From: an uncultured Chloroflexia bacterium
GTDB lineage: Bacteria > Chloroflexota > Anaerolineae > CG2-30-64-16
Length of the DNA: 64,000 nucleotides
Assembly: GCA_963810095.1 (NCBI GenBank)
Contig: CAWEMM010000007.1
Span: forward strand, 512,001 to 576,000
Direction: 5' to 3'
Shown: positions 1-11,363 of the stretch, piece by piece
How positions within the stretch are numbered: position 1 is the first letter of the stretch
Layout of the letters: each line of letters starts with the position of its first letter
Program-made: the position numbers and the translations under genes
The notes under the pieces: model-generated
Told to the model about the DNA's origin: nothing
The model's database searches: none
What the model saw: the letters and a program-made list of their open reading frames with translations, nothing else

Positions 1-3000
1 CACGACAGGCAGCCGCGGCAAGTTGCGCCGTCTGCAGCGGCCACACGTGAACACCCGCCGTATCCGTCGTCGCAAACGAGCGCTCGTCCGGGGTGAAGAC
101 CGGCGCAGCCCAATTCGTGTGCTTAGGAAGCGCAACCCAGGCGGTCGCCGGGTCTTCGGCCGACAGGTCCCACAACCGCATCGCCTGGCCACCGATCGTC
201 GCGTCGTCCAGCGCGCCCGTCGTTGCGAGCCACCGCCCATCGGGGCTGAACGCGATCTGCCTGATCCAGGGATTCAGATTCCCAATGACCCGTGTGATCG
301 TCATCGGCCCGGTTTCTGTGACCCCCCAGAAGCGGATCACCCGGTCCTCACGCTCGGGGAACCGGGTCGCGAGCGTCTTGCTGTCGGGGCTGAACGCAAC
401 GGCGGCGACCGGCCGGGGCTCTTCCAGCCGGGGCACACGCAGGAGGCGCCCGTCCTCGGCCCTCAGGGTCTTCGCACTCAAGTCCCACACCCCCGCCGTG
501 CTATCAGACAGCCCGATTGCCAGCCAGCGGTCGTTGGGGCTTATTGCCAGCACCGGCGCGTCGACGTTCATGATCTCGCCGTCATGCTCGGGACCGGGCA
601 ATACCGCGTGCGAACCCGCAACGTCCGCCGCGGCCAGGTCCCACGCGTGCACCCGGTCCGCCGCTTTTGATACGGCGCCAGAGCTATCCACGGCCAGCAG
701 CCAACGTCCGTCCTGCGTGAACTGCAGGAAGCGAAGGTCCTCGACCCCGAGCGGCACGCTCGTAGCTGCGGCGCCGTCCTCGCTCACCCGCCAGAGACGC
801 GTGTCCTCCTGCACCAGGTCATAATCTTGCGCTTTCAGGTGGTCTGACGCGACGCCCGTCACGAGCCACCGGCCGTCCGCACTCAGCGCTCGCACCTCCG
901 CGTTCCCCAAACCTGGCAACTCGACCGTCCGGGAGATAGGCGAGCCGGTTGAGAGGTTCCACAGCGCCACCGCACCCCCTCCCGCGCGCGACGCGATCCT
1001 CGCGTAGTCGGGGCTGGCGGCGGTCACGCTGACGGGGGTGCTGCTGCCCGGCTGCAGCACCCCCGCGCCCCAGGGGCCGTCCTTGCTCAGGTCCCACACT
1101 CGTCCGCCCAGCGGGTTTTGGTAAGGCAGCGAAATCAGCCAGCGGCCATCAGGCGAGATGCCGGTGCGGCTCACCAGGTCGCCCGGTACAGGGAACGTGC
1201 GGCTTCCGCCGAAGGGCTGGGGCTCGTCCAGGTCCCAGAGCCGGCCCTGCCGGTAGACCGTGTTATTGTCTCCGCGATGGATCGCAAAGAACCAGCGGCC
1301 GTCGGCGCTCACCGCCGTCGATGCGAGCTCCGCGCTCGGGTCGTCCAGCCACTCGACGGAAGGCGCGTCTCCGTTCGGGGGCAGCCGGAGGACCGCGTAG
1401 TCCCAGCGCTGCTGCCCCTGCGTCCGCAACAGGATGGCCTGCCCCGAAGCGTTGATCGACAGGGCTTGTGCGCCGGGCAGTTCCAGCTCGAGCACGGCGG
1501 CCGAGTTTGCGGAGGATTCGCCGGGGTTGGGCACGCTCAGGTCCCACAGGCTCCAGCGCGCCGCCTGGGGGTCGGCCGGTGGTTCCTGCAGGGTGACCAG
1601 CCAGCGGCCGTCTGCGCTGAAGAGGCTCTGGATGACCGGCTGGCCGCTTTCGCCCAGCGACACGCCGCTGGCCATGGGATCGTTCGCCCGCAGGTCCCAC
1701 AGCCGGCCCGCGCCGTCTTTGGAATTCGTGACCAGCCAGCGGCCGTCGGGGCTGACGGGCCCGCTCAAGCCTGACGCCTGCTCCACCTGCCCGTCGCTCC
1801 CATCCAGCGCGACCGGCAATTTGGGCTGCCCGCGTTCGCCGCTCCGCAGCGACGCGAGGTCCCACAGCTGCACCGGTCCCGACTTAGCCGTTGCTGCCGT
1901 CACCAGCCAGCGGTTATCGCCGCCGACGTCGAGCAGCGTGCCCGTGAATGGAAGGGTTGCCGAGACCGCTTTGCCCGCCTCAACCCGCCAGAGATAGCGC
2001 TCGCCACCCTCGCCCGTAGTCGTGATCCAATCTGCTCCCAAAAAGACGGGGTCCGCCACCGCAAAGTGTGGGCTCAGCTCGAGCGAACTGCTGAATGGGT
2101 GTGTCGTGCGCATGTCCCACAGTCGCGTCACCTGCCGGTTATCGATGCTCGCCAGCCAGCGGCCATCGCGGCTGAATCCCAGGTTGCGGCCGGTTGGGCG
2201 GGCGGGCGCGGCGGCCGGGTCGGGCTGTGACAGGTCGAACACCCTACCGCTCGTGGCGAACCAGCGCTCGTCCGGGCTCACGGCCCCAAGCCCCACCATT
2301 GCGCTCTCCTCGTCTGCAGGCGCATCGGCATCTGTTCGGGGCTCAAAAGTGATCTTGCTGCCGGTGAGATCGGGCTGGCGGAGGTCCCAGACGGAGAAAA
2401 CGCCGCTCCCAAAGTTCTCGGTCACGAGCCAGCGCCCGGTCCGGCTGACCCGATCCACCTGCGCAAACTGGTTCCTGAGCAGCGAGTCCCGGCCATCGGA
2501 GATGGCCACCCCCCGCCCTCCCAGGCGCTCGACGGCCGACAACGCGGCTGCGACGGCCGCGGCAGGGGCGGGTTCACCCTCGCGCTCGGTCACGTTTAGC
2601 GCCTCGACGGCCAGCAGCGCACCGGACGGCGCATCGGTCTCGAAAACCGCCTTGGACTGGGCAGCCAGGCTGCCCGCCAGCGTCTGCCGCACTTCCCGCG
2701 CCTTGAGCGTCAGGTTGGTGTTTGCGGCGTCCAGGTTCTTGTTGCTGGCGGCCAGGTTCGTCCGCTCCGTCTCGAGGTTCTTGTTGGTGTCGTCCAGCTG
2801 CTTGTTGGTGGACGCCAGGCTGGCCTTCTGCTGTTCCAGGTCTTTGTTCGTCACGTCAAGCCGCTGGTTCGCGGTCACCAGCCCGTTGTTCGCGTTGCTG
2901 GCTTCAATCGCCTTGCCGCCCGCGAAGATCGCGAGGCCGGCCAGGACCACGAACACGACCGCTGCGGTGAGGATGCCGCGGCGCAGGGTTCGGCTTCTCT

Positions 3001-5423
3001 GCAGCACGCTCGCCTCGACAAAGGCAGTCTCGCGCTTGTTGAGCCAGGTGTCGGTCTTCGCCGGTGTCGCATTGGATCGGAAGGCCTGGCCCAGCGACCG
3101 GCCGAGGCCGCGGGCGCCGCGCTGGCGCTTATGTGCCGGCCACAGGATCAGCTCCACCTGGGGCAGCCGAGGGTCGTTGTCCCACAGCAGGCCCTTGCGT
3201 TCTTCGCCCTGCGCCGTTGCCCAGTCGGCCGCCTGCTGCGCCAGCCTGCGCTGCTGCTGCAAGGGCAGCTCGCTCTCCGCGGCCTGTTTCCACTGGAGCA
3301 GCTTGTCCCAGGCCACCACGAGCGCGTCGTGTGCAGGCTCATAGTAGCGCTCGCCGCGCGTCCCGTCAGGATTCTCGACCGTGCCGCTGACCAGCAGGCG
3401 CGCCTGGACGAGCTGAGCCAGCACCGCCTGGACCCGGGCATTCTCCTCGTCCGCGGGATACACCAGCTCGCTCTCGGCCACCCGCCGCCGCGTCAGCTCG
3501 CTCCCTTCCACGGCAACCATGCGCAGCATGAGGCGCTCCATGGTTCGCTGGCCGCGCGGGTCCTTCTCGAGCGACCTGTATTCCTCGGTCGCCCGGTTGC
3601 GTAGGGAACCGACGACGCCGCCCAACGCCTGGTAGTCCTCGGCCGTCAGCGACCGGTCATCCCCCCGGCGTTCGACGTACTTGACATACAACTCGCTGAG
3701 GGTGAAGGAGAGCAGGGGCAGCGCGCCCGGCGTCTGGATGACCTCCTTGATCAGGTCATCCACCATCTCGGACGGCTTGAAGTAGAGCACCGCGACCGAG
3801 GCCGGTCCCTCGATGGCCTGGCGCAGGTCTTCGATGTCCATGGGGGGCACGACATAACGCGCCGTACCCAGGGCCGGGTCGTGGAACAGGGGCGCTTCGG
3901 CAAACTGCGGCTCGAAGTCGGTGCGCAGCGAAATGACCACCCGCAGAACGTCGCCGTGCTGGCGCACGGCCTCGGCCAGCAGCGCGAGGAAGCGGTCGCG
4001 GGCCCGGCTGGGCTGCACGGTGCCGGCCCGACCGCCCGGGGCGGCGCCCGCGCGGTCGCCGCTGTCGCGAGAGGGTGACCAATTCCTCAAACTGGTCGAT
4101 TGTCAGCACCAGGCGCTTGCCGGCGTTCTCGGCCCGGCCCTTCCAATCGCCCACGAGCCCCGCCAGGGCATCGGGTGAGAAACCGCCCGCCGCGTCCACG
4201 TCGAACGAGGGCGCAGCAGCCCCGTCTCCCGCGGCTCCCCCGTCTGCCAGCCTGGTCCGCACCAACGTTTCCAGTGTGCTCACCGGACGGTCGGTGGGGC
4301 GCATGTGGGGCAGCACGACATAATCCGCGTCCTCTCGCAGCTTGGGCAGCAGGCCGGCTTTCACCAGCGACGATTTCCCGGTGCCCGACGCGCCCACGAC
4401 CGCGACGAACGGGTGCGCGGCCACGAGTGCGGTGAGTTCGGCGATCTCCTCTTCACGGCCAAAGAAGAGCTTGCGGTCCGCTTCGCTGTAGGATTCCAGC
4501 CCGCGGTATGGGTTGTTCTCCAGGTTGAGCGGCGGCGCGGGCTTCAGTTTGGCCGGGTCCGCGCCCGGCAGGAGGAAGATGAATTCGCCTTTGCGGTGCT
4601 TGTCGTTCAGCGGCCAGATTTGCGGCGTCTGCTCTGCGTTCGCCTGTTGCGATGCGGCCACTTCGACGGTGTCACGCAGGTACATCGCGAGCTCGCTTGC
4701 GGTCACCACGCCGTCGCCGCGTTGCCCCGCGGCTGCGAGATCGGCTGCACCCTCCAGCGCGGCGATAAGCGTTGCGGCGAACGGCGAATGCCGGCCCTTG
4801 AGCTCGGCCCGGGTCCCCACGGAGTTCGCCACGCTGCCCGTCAGCACGTCCAGTGCCCGCTGGTCGTATGACGCGGACGTGATAACCTGCCAGGCCGGCG
4901 ACTGGATGTAGCGTTCATAGCGCTCGCGGTAGAGCACTTTGGATGAGACCGGCCGGGCGTCGCGCGTCGCCGACCACCGGAACGCGCCCGCAAAGCAGCA
5001 GTCGAGGATGGCCAGCATGTGGCGGCAGGTCAGCGCGGAGAGCCATTTGTGGACGTCCGTCATCGGGAGGAAGGTGCTGCGGTCGTCGGGGCGTGCGTCC
5101 TGGGGCATCAGGTACCCTTGCGGCCCGTCGTCGCCGTCCAGTGCCACGCCGTGCCCGGCGAAGTAGACGAGCAGCCGGTCGTCTGGTCCGATGCGGGCGG
5201 GCAGATCGACGGTGAAGAGGCTGACCAGCCGGTCCTTAGTAACCGGCTCGCCCTCCGCCGTGCCGGTCAGGACGACGGCGTCGTCACAGTGGCCGTCGGC
5301 GCACAACCGGTCGGCGAGCTCCGCTGCGTCGCTGACCGCCGTCGTGAGACGCGGGATGCCGGAGCCGTAAGCGTCAATGCCAATGACGACCGCGAGCGAA
5401 TGGGCAAAGCTTGGGAAGGCCAT
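1..5423 (-). CDS. Caspase (peptidase C14)-STAND NTPase-TM-coiled coil-WD40-like repeat protein; +1 frameshift near 4065; 3' end outside window
   Basis: Starts MAFPSFAHSLAVVIGIDAY. Caspase motifs YFAGHG and ILDCCFAG; NPYRGL; Walker A GASGTGKS; Walker B LTIDQFEE. The next frame continues SLRTDF, PGALPLLSFTL, EPAHDALV, a TM helix and repeated SxDGRWL...WDL units, and appears open to base 1. Confidence 0.9.
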
Positions 5424-5801
5424 GCGATAAGTCCTGTGAGTTGGATGCGACGCCGTCGGCGCGAGAGGACAAACAACGCACAAGTTTACTTCAGGCTTGT
5501 CAATACCGACTGTTACGCGTCGTACCGTTGACCGCGTCCCCCGGGATCCCGCCGGTGCCGCTCTCTGACCGTGCCCTGCCTGCTAGACGGGCCAGATCAT
5601 TTCCGAATCGACGCTCGCCCCGCTGCGGCGGAAAACGAGGGCCGATATGGGAAACGGATTGAACGAATCCGACCGATTGTGGTTAGGTTATTTGACGCGC
5701 TTGCCCCGCGCTGGTACCATGCTCGCCGTACCCATGCGACACCCTGCACCGGCCCGCTCCCCCAAACTCCTGACCCAGCCGTCCGTCTCAGAGGCTCGCG
5801 C

Positions 5802-8687
5802 GTGACCGCCCGCCAACGTTGGCTGCTTGTCGCGCTGCTGCTGGCGACCCTTGCGCTGCGGCTGTATCGCCTGGACGCGCAAGACGTCTGGTGGGACGAG
5901 GCGCGCAATATCGACGTTGCGTCCCGCGCCCTGGCCCACATTGCCACGGCCGGCGAGCTGGACATCCACCCGCCCGTCTATTTCTACCTGTTGCACGTCT
6001 GGCTGGGCCTCGCGGGGCAGACTGCGTTTGCCATTCGCTTCCTGTCCACCGCGTTCGGCGTTGCGTTGGTCGCGCTGATGTTCGCGCTCGGCAGGCGTGT
6101 CGGCGGCTTCTGGGTGGGGTTCTTTGCCGCGCTGGGTGCGGCCTTCCTGCCGTTCCTGCTCGGCGAGGCGCAAGAGGCCCGCATGTACACGATGGTGCTC
6201 GCCTGGCTGGCGGCCGCGGGCATCGCGCTCTTGGCCGCCACGGACCAACCCGCGCCGCGTTTCTCCATCCGCTGGCTCGCGTTCTCGGCGTTCTCCGCGG
6301 CCGCGCTCCTCACACACTACTCCGCCGTGTTCGCACTGGTCGCGCTCTGGGCGTGGGCCTTCCTGTGGGCGTTCGGCAGCCGCGCGCTGCCGGGCCGATC
6401 GCGGCGGCGCCGGCTCGTGGCCGTGCTGATCGCCGGGGTGTTGACCGCGCTCTTCTGCCTGCCGGGCGTTCCCGTCGCGCTCCGCCAGATTCCCGGTTAC
6501 CGCAACACGAACCTGGTCGTCCCGTCGATCGCGTCCTACCTGGCCGACCTGGCCCGCGTCTACACCCTCGGCGAGTTCTTCACCGGCCCCGCGGCCCGGG
6601 TGCCGCTCATCGCCTTGGCCGCCCTGATCGCAGGCGGCGCGCTGCTGGGCGTGGCTCTGAGCTTGCGGGGGCAGGGACGCCGGCGCCGCAACCTCGTCTC
6701 TTCCGTCGCACGCGCACGATACGCGGGGCCCGTCGCGCTGGTTTTGCTCTGGGCCATCCTGCCTCTGGTCGCCTACTACGCCGCCATCGCCGACCGGGGC
6801 ACCTTCGCCACCCGTTATATCAGCGTCGCGCTGCCCGCCTGGCTGCTGCTCGCCGCGTTGGCCCTGCGTGGGTGGTCGCGTGTCCATCCTGCACTCGGAG
6901 TGGCCGCCGGCGTTGCCTTGGTCGTGATCCTTGCGCCGGGCCTGCGCACCGACCTGTTTGACGAAGCGCACTTCCGCGACAACACCCGCGGCATGATCGA
7001 GTGGCTGCGCAAGGAGACCGATCCTAACCGCGACATCATCCTCGTCGATCAGCGCTACCCGTTCGGCTTCTACTACGAACGGTGGAACAACCTGCACGTG
7101 GGGTCTCCGCCCGCCGAGCCGGCCGGCGAGACGCCCGCGCAGTACCTGTTTGTCGACCTAAACACGCTCGCAGGCCGGCTAACGGGTCTCGCCCGGGGAC
7201 GGTCGCGCATCTACACCGTCCGCTGGTGGGAGTCGGACACCGACCCGCGGGGAGGGGTGCCGTTCCTGCTGAGCAAGTTCGGGACCCGCCTGGGCGAGGT
7301 CCAGTTTCGGGGCTACACGGTCGACTGGTACGCGGTGGCGCCCGACGCGGAGATCGAGCTGACCGACGGGCTGCACGGTCCAAGCGCGGACTTCGGCGGG
7401 CAAGTCCGGCTGGAAGGGGTCGATTTCGGCGGCCGGGCGTCCGGCGCGACGAGCACTGTGGCAGAGACGCGCGCCACGGCGGCCGCGTCCGATGGCCACG
7501 TGTGGACGGTGGCGGGCTGGTCGCGGCTGCCGGGCGCCGGCGGTCAGGCCAAGGCGGCGCTGCAGTTGGAGGGCGAGGACGGCGTGGTGGTCGCGCGGGA
7601 CGACCGCTTGCTTCTCAACGACCGGCACGTGGCGCTGGGCGAGTGGAGCGAGGCCGAGCGGCCCGACACCGTGTTCACCCTGAAGCCTGCGCCGGCAACC
7701 CCGCCCGGCCGCTACACGCTCAAGCTCTCGGTCTACGATCCGCAAACCCTCCAGCCGCTGGCGGTTGTATCGGACGCGGCTGAAGGGGCCCACGTCGTCC
7801 TCGGGCAGGTTGAACTGACCCGGGCCGCCGCGCCCGCCGACCCAGCCGCCCTTCCGCTAGACCTGCGCAGCGGCGTCCGCTGGGGCGACGTGACCCTGCT
7901 TGGTCGCGGCCCGCTGCCCGCCGAGGTTCCGCCCGGGGGCGCGCTGCCGCTTGATCTGTACTGGCGCGGCGAGGCGGCGAATGCAGCCCCGCTGCAGTTC
8001 CGCCTCGAGCTCGCTCCGCTCACGGGCGCAGGTGCCCCGGTTGTGTTGGATGTTCCGGTGGGCGGTGCATATCCGAGCACGAAGTGGCAGGCCGGCGAAG
8101 TCGTCCGCCAGTCGCCCCAGCTGGTCTTGCCTCCGACGCTGGACGCGGGCGCCTATCGCCTCGTCGCGCGGCCGCTGTCTGGGGTGGCGGCTGTGCCCCC
8201 GCCCGAGGTCGAATTGGGCCAGGTCCAGGTTGTCGGCCGCAGCCATGACTTCACCGTGCCAGCCGCTTTGGACAACGTCTCGGACGCGGTGTTCGGCGCC
8301 CCCTCTGCCCCGCTCGGCCGGCTGCTCGGCTTCGACCGGCCGGTGCTTGCCGGCCGGTCGCTCGCGCTCGGCCTCTACTGGCAGGCCCTTGCCGCCGGTC
8401 CTACGCCGTATGCGGTCTCCGTCCAGGTGCTTAACGGCGACGGGGTCCTGGTCGCGCAGCGCGATCAGCAGCCCGGCGCGGGCGCCTTCCCCGCGAATAC
8501 CTGGGTCGCCGGCGAGGTCCTCGCCGACCGCTACGAGGTCGAGATTCCTGACGGCCTGCCGGCGGGGCGCTACACGGTCATCGTCAAGATGTACGACCCC
8601 GCGACGGGCAAGATCGTCCCCGTCACGCCCGATGGTGCCAGCGGCGCCCAGGAGTTCCTGCCCCTGGCGCACGTGGACATCCCGTAG
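5802..8687 (+). CDS. Glycosyltransferase family 39 / PMT-like multi-pass membrane protein with C-terminal Ig-like domains
   Basis: LRLYRLDAQDVWWDE, DIHPPVYFYLL and QEARMY motifs; many TM helices; GTG start at 5802 within ORF 5571..8687. Confidence 0.85.
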   Translation: MTARQRWLLVALLLATLALRLYRLDAQDVWWDEARNIDVASRALAHIATAGELDIHPPVYFYLLHVWLGLAGQTAFAIRFLSTAFGVALVALMFALGRRVGGFWVGFFAALGAAFLPFLLGEAQEARMYTMVLAWLAAAGIALLAATDQPAPRFSIRWLAFSAFSAAALLTHYSAVFALVALWAWAFLWAFGSRALPGRSRRRRLVAVLIAGVLTALFCLPGVPVALRQIPGYRNTNLVVPSIASYLADLARVYTLGEFFTGPAARVPLIALAALIAGGALLGVALSLRGQGRRRRNLVSSVARARYAGPVALVLLWAILPLVAYYAAIADRGTFATRYISVALPAWLLLAALALRGWSRVHPALGVAAGVALVVILAPGLRTDLFDEAHFRDNTRGMIEWLRKETDPNRDIILVDQRYPFGFYYERWNNLHVGSPPAEPAGETPAQYLFVDLNTLAGRLTGLARGRSRIYTVRWWESDTDPRGGVPFLLSKFGTRLGEVQFRGYTVDWYAVAPDAEIELTDGLHGPSADFGGQVRLEGVDFGGRASGATSTVAETRATAAASDGHVWTVAGWSRLPGAGGQAKAALQLEGEDGVVVARDDRLLLNDRHVALGEWSEAERPDTVFTLKPAPATPPGRYTLKLSVYDPQTLQPLAVVSDAAEGAHVVLGQVELTRAAAPADPAALPLDLRSGVRWGDVTLLGRGPLPAEVPPGGALPLDLYWRGEAANAAPLQFRLELAPLTGAGAPVVLDVPVGGAYPSTKWQAGEVVRQSPQLVLPPTLDAGAYRLVARPLSGVAAVPPPEVELGQVQVVGRSHDFTVPAALDNVSDAVFGAPSAPLGRLLGFDRPVLAGRSLALGLYWQALAAGPTPYAVSVQVLNGDGVLVAQRDQQPGAGAFPANTWVAGEVLADRYEVEIPDGLPAGRYTVIVKMYDPATGKIVPVTPDGASGAQEFLPLAHVDIP

Positions 8688-8812
8688 CGCCCCAGCGGCG
8701 CCCGGAAGGCCTCCGTCCCGTCCATCGCAGTCGCCGGCGCTCAGTGCGGCCGCGGGCCGCGCAGCGACGATGCCTGCACGGCGGCACAACCCTCGCCCTT
8801 CTGCTGCACGCC

Positions 8813-10114
8813 TCACCGGGGCTGCGCTGCCGGCCGAGCCGGCCCGGCCAGAAGTGGCACTCCGCCCGCAACTGCGCCGGCAATGACCACGCCACAAGCA
8901 ACGTTCAACATGGTGACGATCCCGACCCGGTCGGCCAGGGCAGTGGAGGTGATCATGCCGGCTAGCATGGCGATCGCCGCGGCCGCGCCCAATGCGCCGA
9001 ACACCCGCCCCCGGAATTCGTCGGGCACCTCGGATTGGATGAGAGCGTTGAAGCTGACGACCATCGCCGCGATCGGAATACCGACCAGCGCAAACAGCCC
9101 CAGCGCCAGGGGAATTGAGGAGGCGTTGAAGATGGCGAGGTCGATCAGGCCCCAGCCGAGCGCGCCGAGCACCACGAGCCGGCGCGCCTGCTGCGTCTTG
9201 CCGGCCGACGCCAGGATCATACCGCCAGCAATGCTGCCCAGCGCCTGCAGGGTCATCATCCAGCCGAACGTCAACGAAGTGCCTTCCAGCACGCTGCTGA
9301 CCCACGGCACGACGAGCACGTCGAGCAGTCCCTCGCCGATGCTGGTGATCGTCCACAGAATGAACAACGCGGATACGACCTGGTTGGCGCGCATCAGGCG
9401 CAGTCCGGCCAGCAGCTCCCTCCAGACCTTCAGCCACGGCTCCGCGTCCCCTCTTGCCTTTGACTCGTGCACGGGCGCCCCATAGACGGGAATGGCGCCG
9501 GGCTCGGGTGTTGGCAGTGGAAGGGGTGTGGGCGCCCGCGTTGCGGCGGGGGAGAGGCGCATGAGCGCGATGAGCGCGGCCGACACGACGAAGGAGAGCA
9601 CGTCGAAGACCACGACGCTCTGGAGCCCGAGCCGTGCCAGCATGAAGCCGCCTACGGCCGGTCCGGCCAGTCGCCCGATCTGCTCGCCGACGCTGTTCGC
9701 CGAGTTGGCGCGTACCAGTTCCTCTGTCGTGACGATGCGGGGCACCAGAGCGTTCTTGGCCGGGCCGAAGAACTGCGCCAGCGCTGCGTCACCGAGCGCG
9801 ACCAGGTAAACGATCCACATGTCGCCGGCCGAGTGCACGGCCAGGAGCGGCAGCAGCACCGCCGCTCGGCCCAGGTCCGCGGCGATCATGGTGCGGCGGC
9901 GGTCCCACCGGTCGACGAACACTCCCGCCACGCTGCCCAGAACGATCCGCGGCAGCGTCGACACGATCATCATCGAGCCACTGAGAAGGACCGACCCGGT
10001 CAGCGCGTAGACGTAGAAGGCCAGCGACGCATAAAGGACCCAGTCGCCGGCCATCGAAATGACTTGGCCGGTCCAGAGCAGACCGAAGTTGCGTTGGCGA
10101 AGGATCGCGACCAT
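8813..10114 (-). CDS. MFS transporter (DHA3/MFS_3-like)
   Basis: RNFGLLWTGQVIS, GVFVDRWDRRRTMI (MFS motif A), VPDEFRGRVFG; about 12 TM segments. Confidence 0.92.
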   Translation of the reverse strand: MVAILRQRNFGLLWTGQVISMAGDWVLYASLAFYVYALTGSVLLSGSMMIVSTLPRIVLGSVAGVFVDRWDRRRTMIAADLGRAAVLLPLLAVHSAGDMWIVYLVALGDAALAQFFGPAKNALVPRIVTTEELVRANSANSVGEQIGRLAGPAVGGFMLARLGLQSVVVFDVLSFVVSAALIALMRLSPAATRAPTPLPLPTPEPGAIPVYGAPVHESKARGDAEPWLKVWRELLAGLRLMRANQVVSALFILWTITSIGEGLLDVLVVPWVSSVLEGTSLTFGWMMTLQALGSIAGGMILASAGKTQQARRLVVLGALGWGLIDLAIFNASSIPLALGLFALVGIPIAAMVVSFNALIQSEVPDEFRGRVFGALGAAAAIAMLAGMITSTALADRVGIVTMLNVACGVVIAGAVAGGVPLLAGPARPAAQPR

Positions 10115-10325
10115 CGTGCTGCCTCGGGGGGACGGCGAAAGGGGCCCGCCCTACGGGGCGGGCCGGCAAAACATACTGCACGGCAATTATACCGGCATTT
10201 TGTGGCGCGGAGAATCGCCGCTTAGGCGCGGGGCCGGCCGCGGCAGCACCGCCGGCGATTTGCACATCGCTTTCGTTGAGTGCTATACATGCCCCATGGT
10301 TCCCGCGCCGCTGGAGGAGAGTGAC

Positions 10326-11363
10326 ATGCCCGATTCGATTCGAGTACCCTACGCCGCCCTCGTCGAAACCATCGACCTTGCCCTCGCTGCGGAAGGCGTG
10401 CCTGCGCACGTCCGCCGCGTCGAGGCCGAGCTGATGGCCGACGCCGACCTCATGGAAGTGCCCTCGCACGGAATTCGCATGCTGCCCGCGGTCATTCGGG
10501 CGATCCGCGCCGGCAGCCTCAACCCCGACCCGCAGCCCCGCATCCTGCGCGACAACCCCGCGGCTTGCCTGCTCGACGGCGACCTCGGCCCCGGGCGCTA
10601 CGTCTCAGCTTACGGAATGGACCTGGCGATGGAGCGGGCGCGACAGTTCGGCGTCGGCCTGTGTGTGGCCACCCGCGTCTCGCACTGGGGCCGCGGCCAC
10701 GCCTACGCGTATCAGGCCGCACGGGAAGGCATGATCGGCATCTGCACCACCAACGCGATCCCCAACATGCTGGGTTGGGAATCGAAGCGGCCCGTGCTGG
10801 CGAACAACCCGCTAGCGCTTTCCGCGCCCCGCGGCCCCGGCCTCGATCCGATCGTGCTTGATATAGCGATGAGCCAGGCCGCGGTGGGGAAGATCGGTAC
10901 GTATGCGCGCGAGGGCAAACCGGCGCCGGCGGGCTGGGGGCTGGATGCGCAGGGCCAGGCGACGAGCGACCCGGCCGCCATCCTCGCGTCGCGATTGATC
11001 CTGCCGATGGGCGAGCACAAGGGGGCCGGGCTGGGGCTGATGATGGAGATCCTGACGGGTGCGCTGGCTGGCGGCTTGCTCAGCCACGAGATTGCCGGCA
11101 GAGACGTCGCCTGGATCGACGCGGACACGAGCAAGTTCCTGCTCGCCATCGACGTGACGAAGTTCGTCCCGCTGGCGGTCTTTGCCGAGCGGGTGACGTC
11201 GCTCCTGGGGTTTGTCGAGGATGGGGTGGGCGAGGATTTCCTTTATCCCGGCGAGCGCGGCTGGCAGGCGCGCGATCGCAACCTCGTCGACGGCGTCCCC
11301 ATCCACCCAGAGATCGTCGCCCAACTCGCCGAGGTGGGCGTCACGCTGCCTCGGCCGTCCTGA
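10326..11363 (+). CDS. Ldh_2 family oxidoreductase (YiaK/malate-lactate dehydrogenase-like)
   Basis: ADLMEVPSHG, SHWGRG, LANNPL, LDIAMS, GEHKGAGL, YPGE; SD GGAG upstream of ATG 10326. Confidence 0.9.
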   Translation: MPDSIRVPYAALVETIDLALAAEGVPAHVRRVEAELMADADLMEVPSHGIRMLPAVIRAIRAGSLNPDPQPRILRDNPAACLLDGDLGPGRYVSAYGMDLAMERARQFGVGLCVATRVSHWGRGHAYAYQAAREGMIGICTTNAIPNMLGWESKRPVLANNPLALSAPRGPGLDPIVLDIAMSQAAVGKIGTYAREGKPAPAGWGLDAQGQATSDPAAILASRLILPMGEHKGAGLGLMMEILTGALAGGLLSHEIAGRDVAWIDADTSKFLLAIDVTKFVPLAVFAERVTSLLGFVEDGVGEDFLYPGERGWQARDRNLVDGVPIHPEIVAQLAEVGVTLPRPS

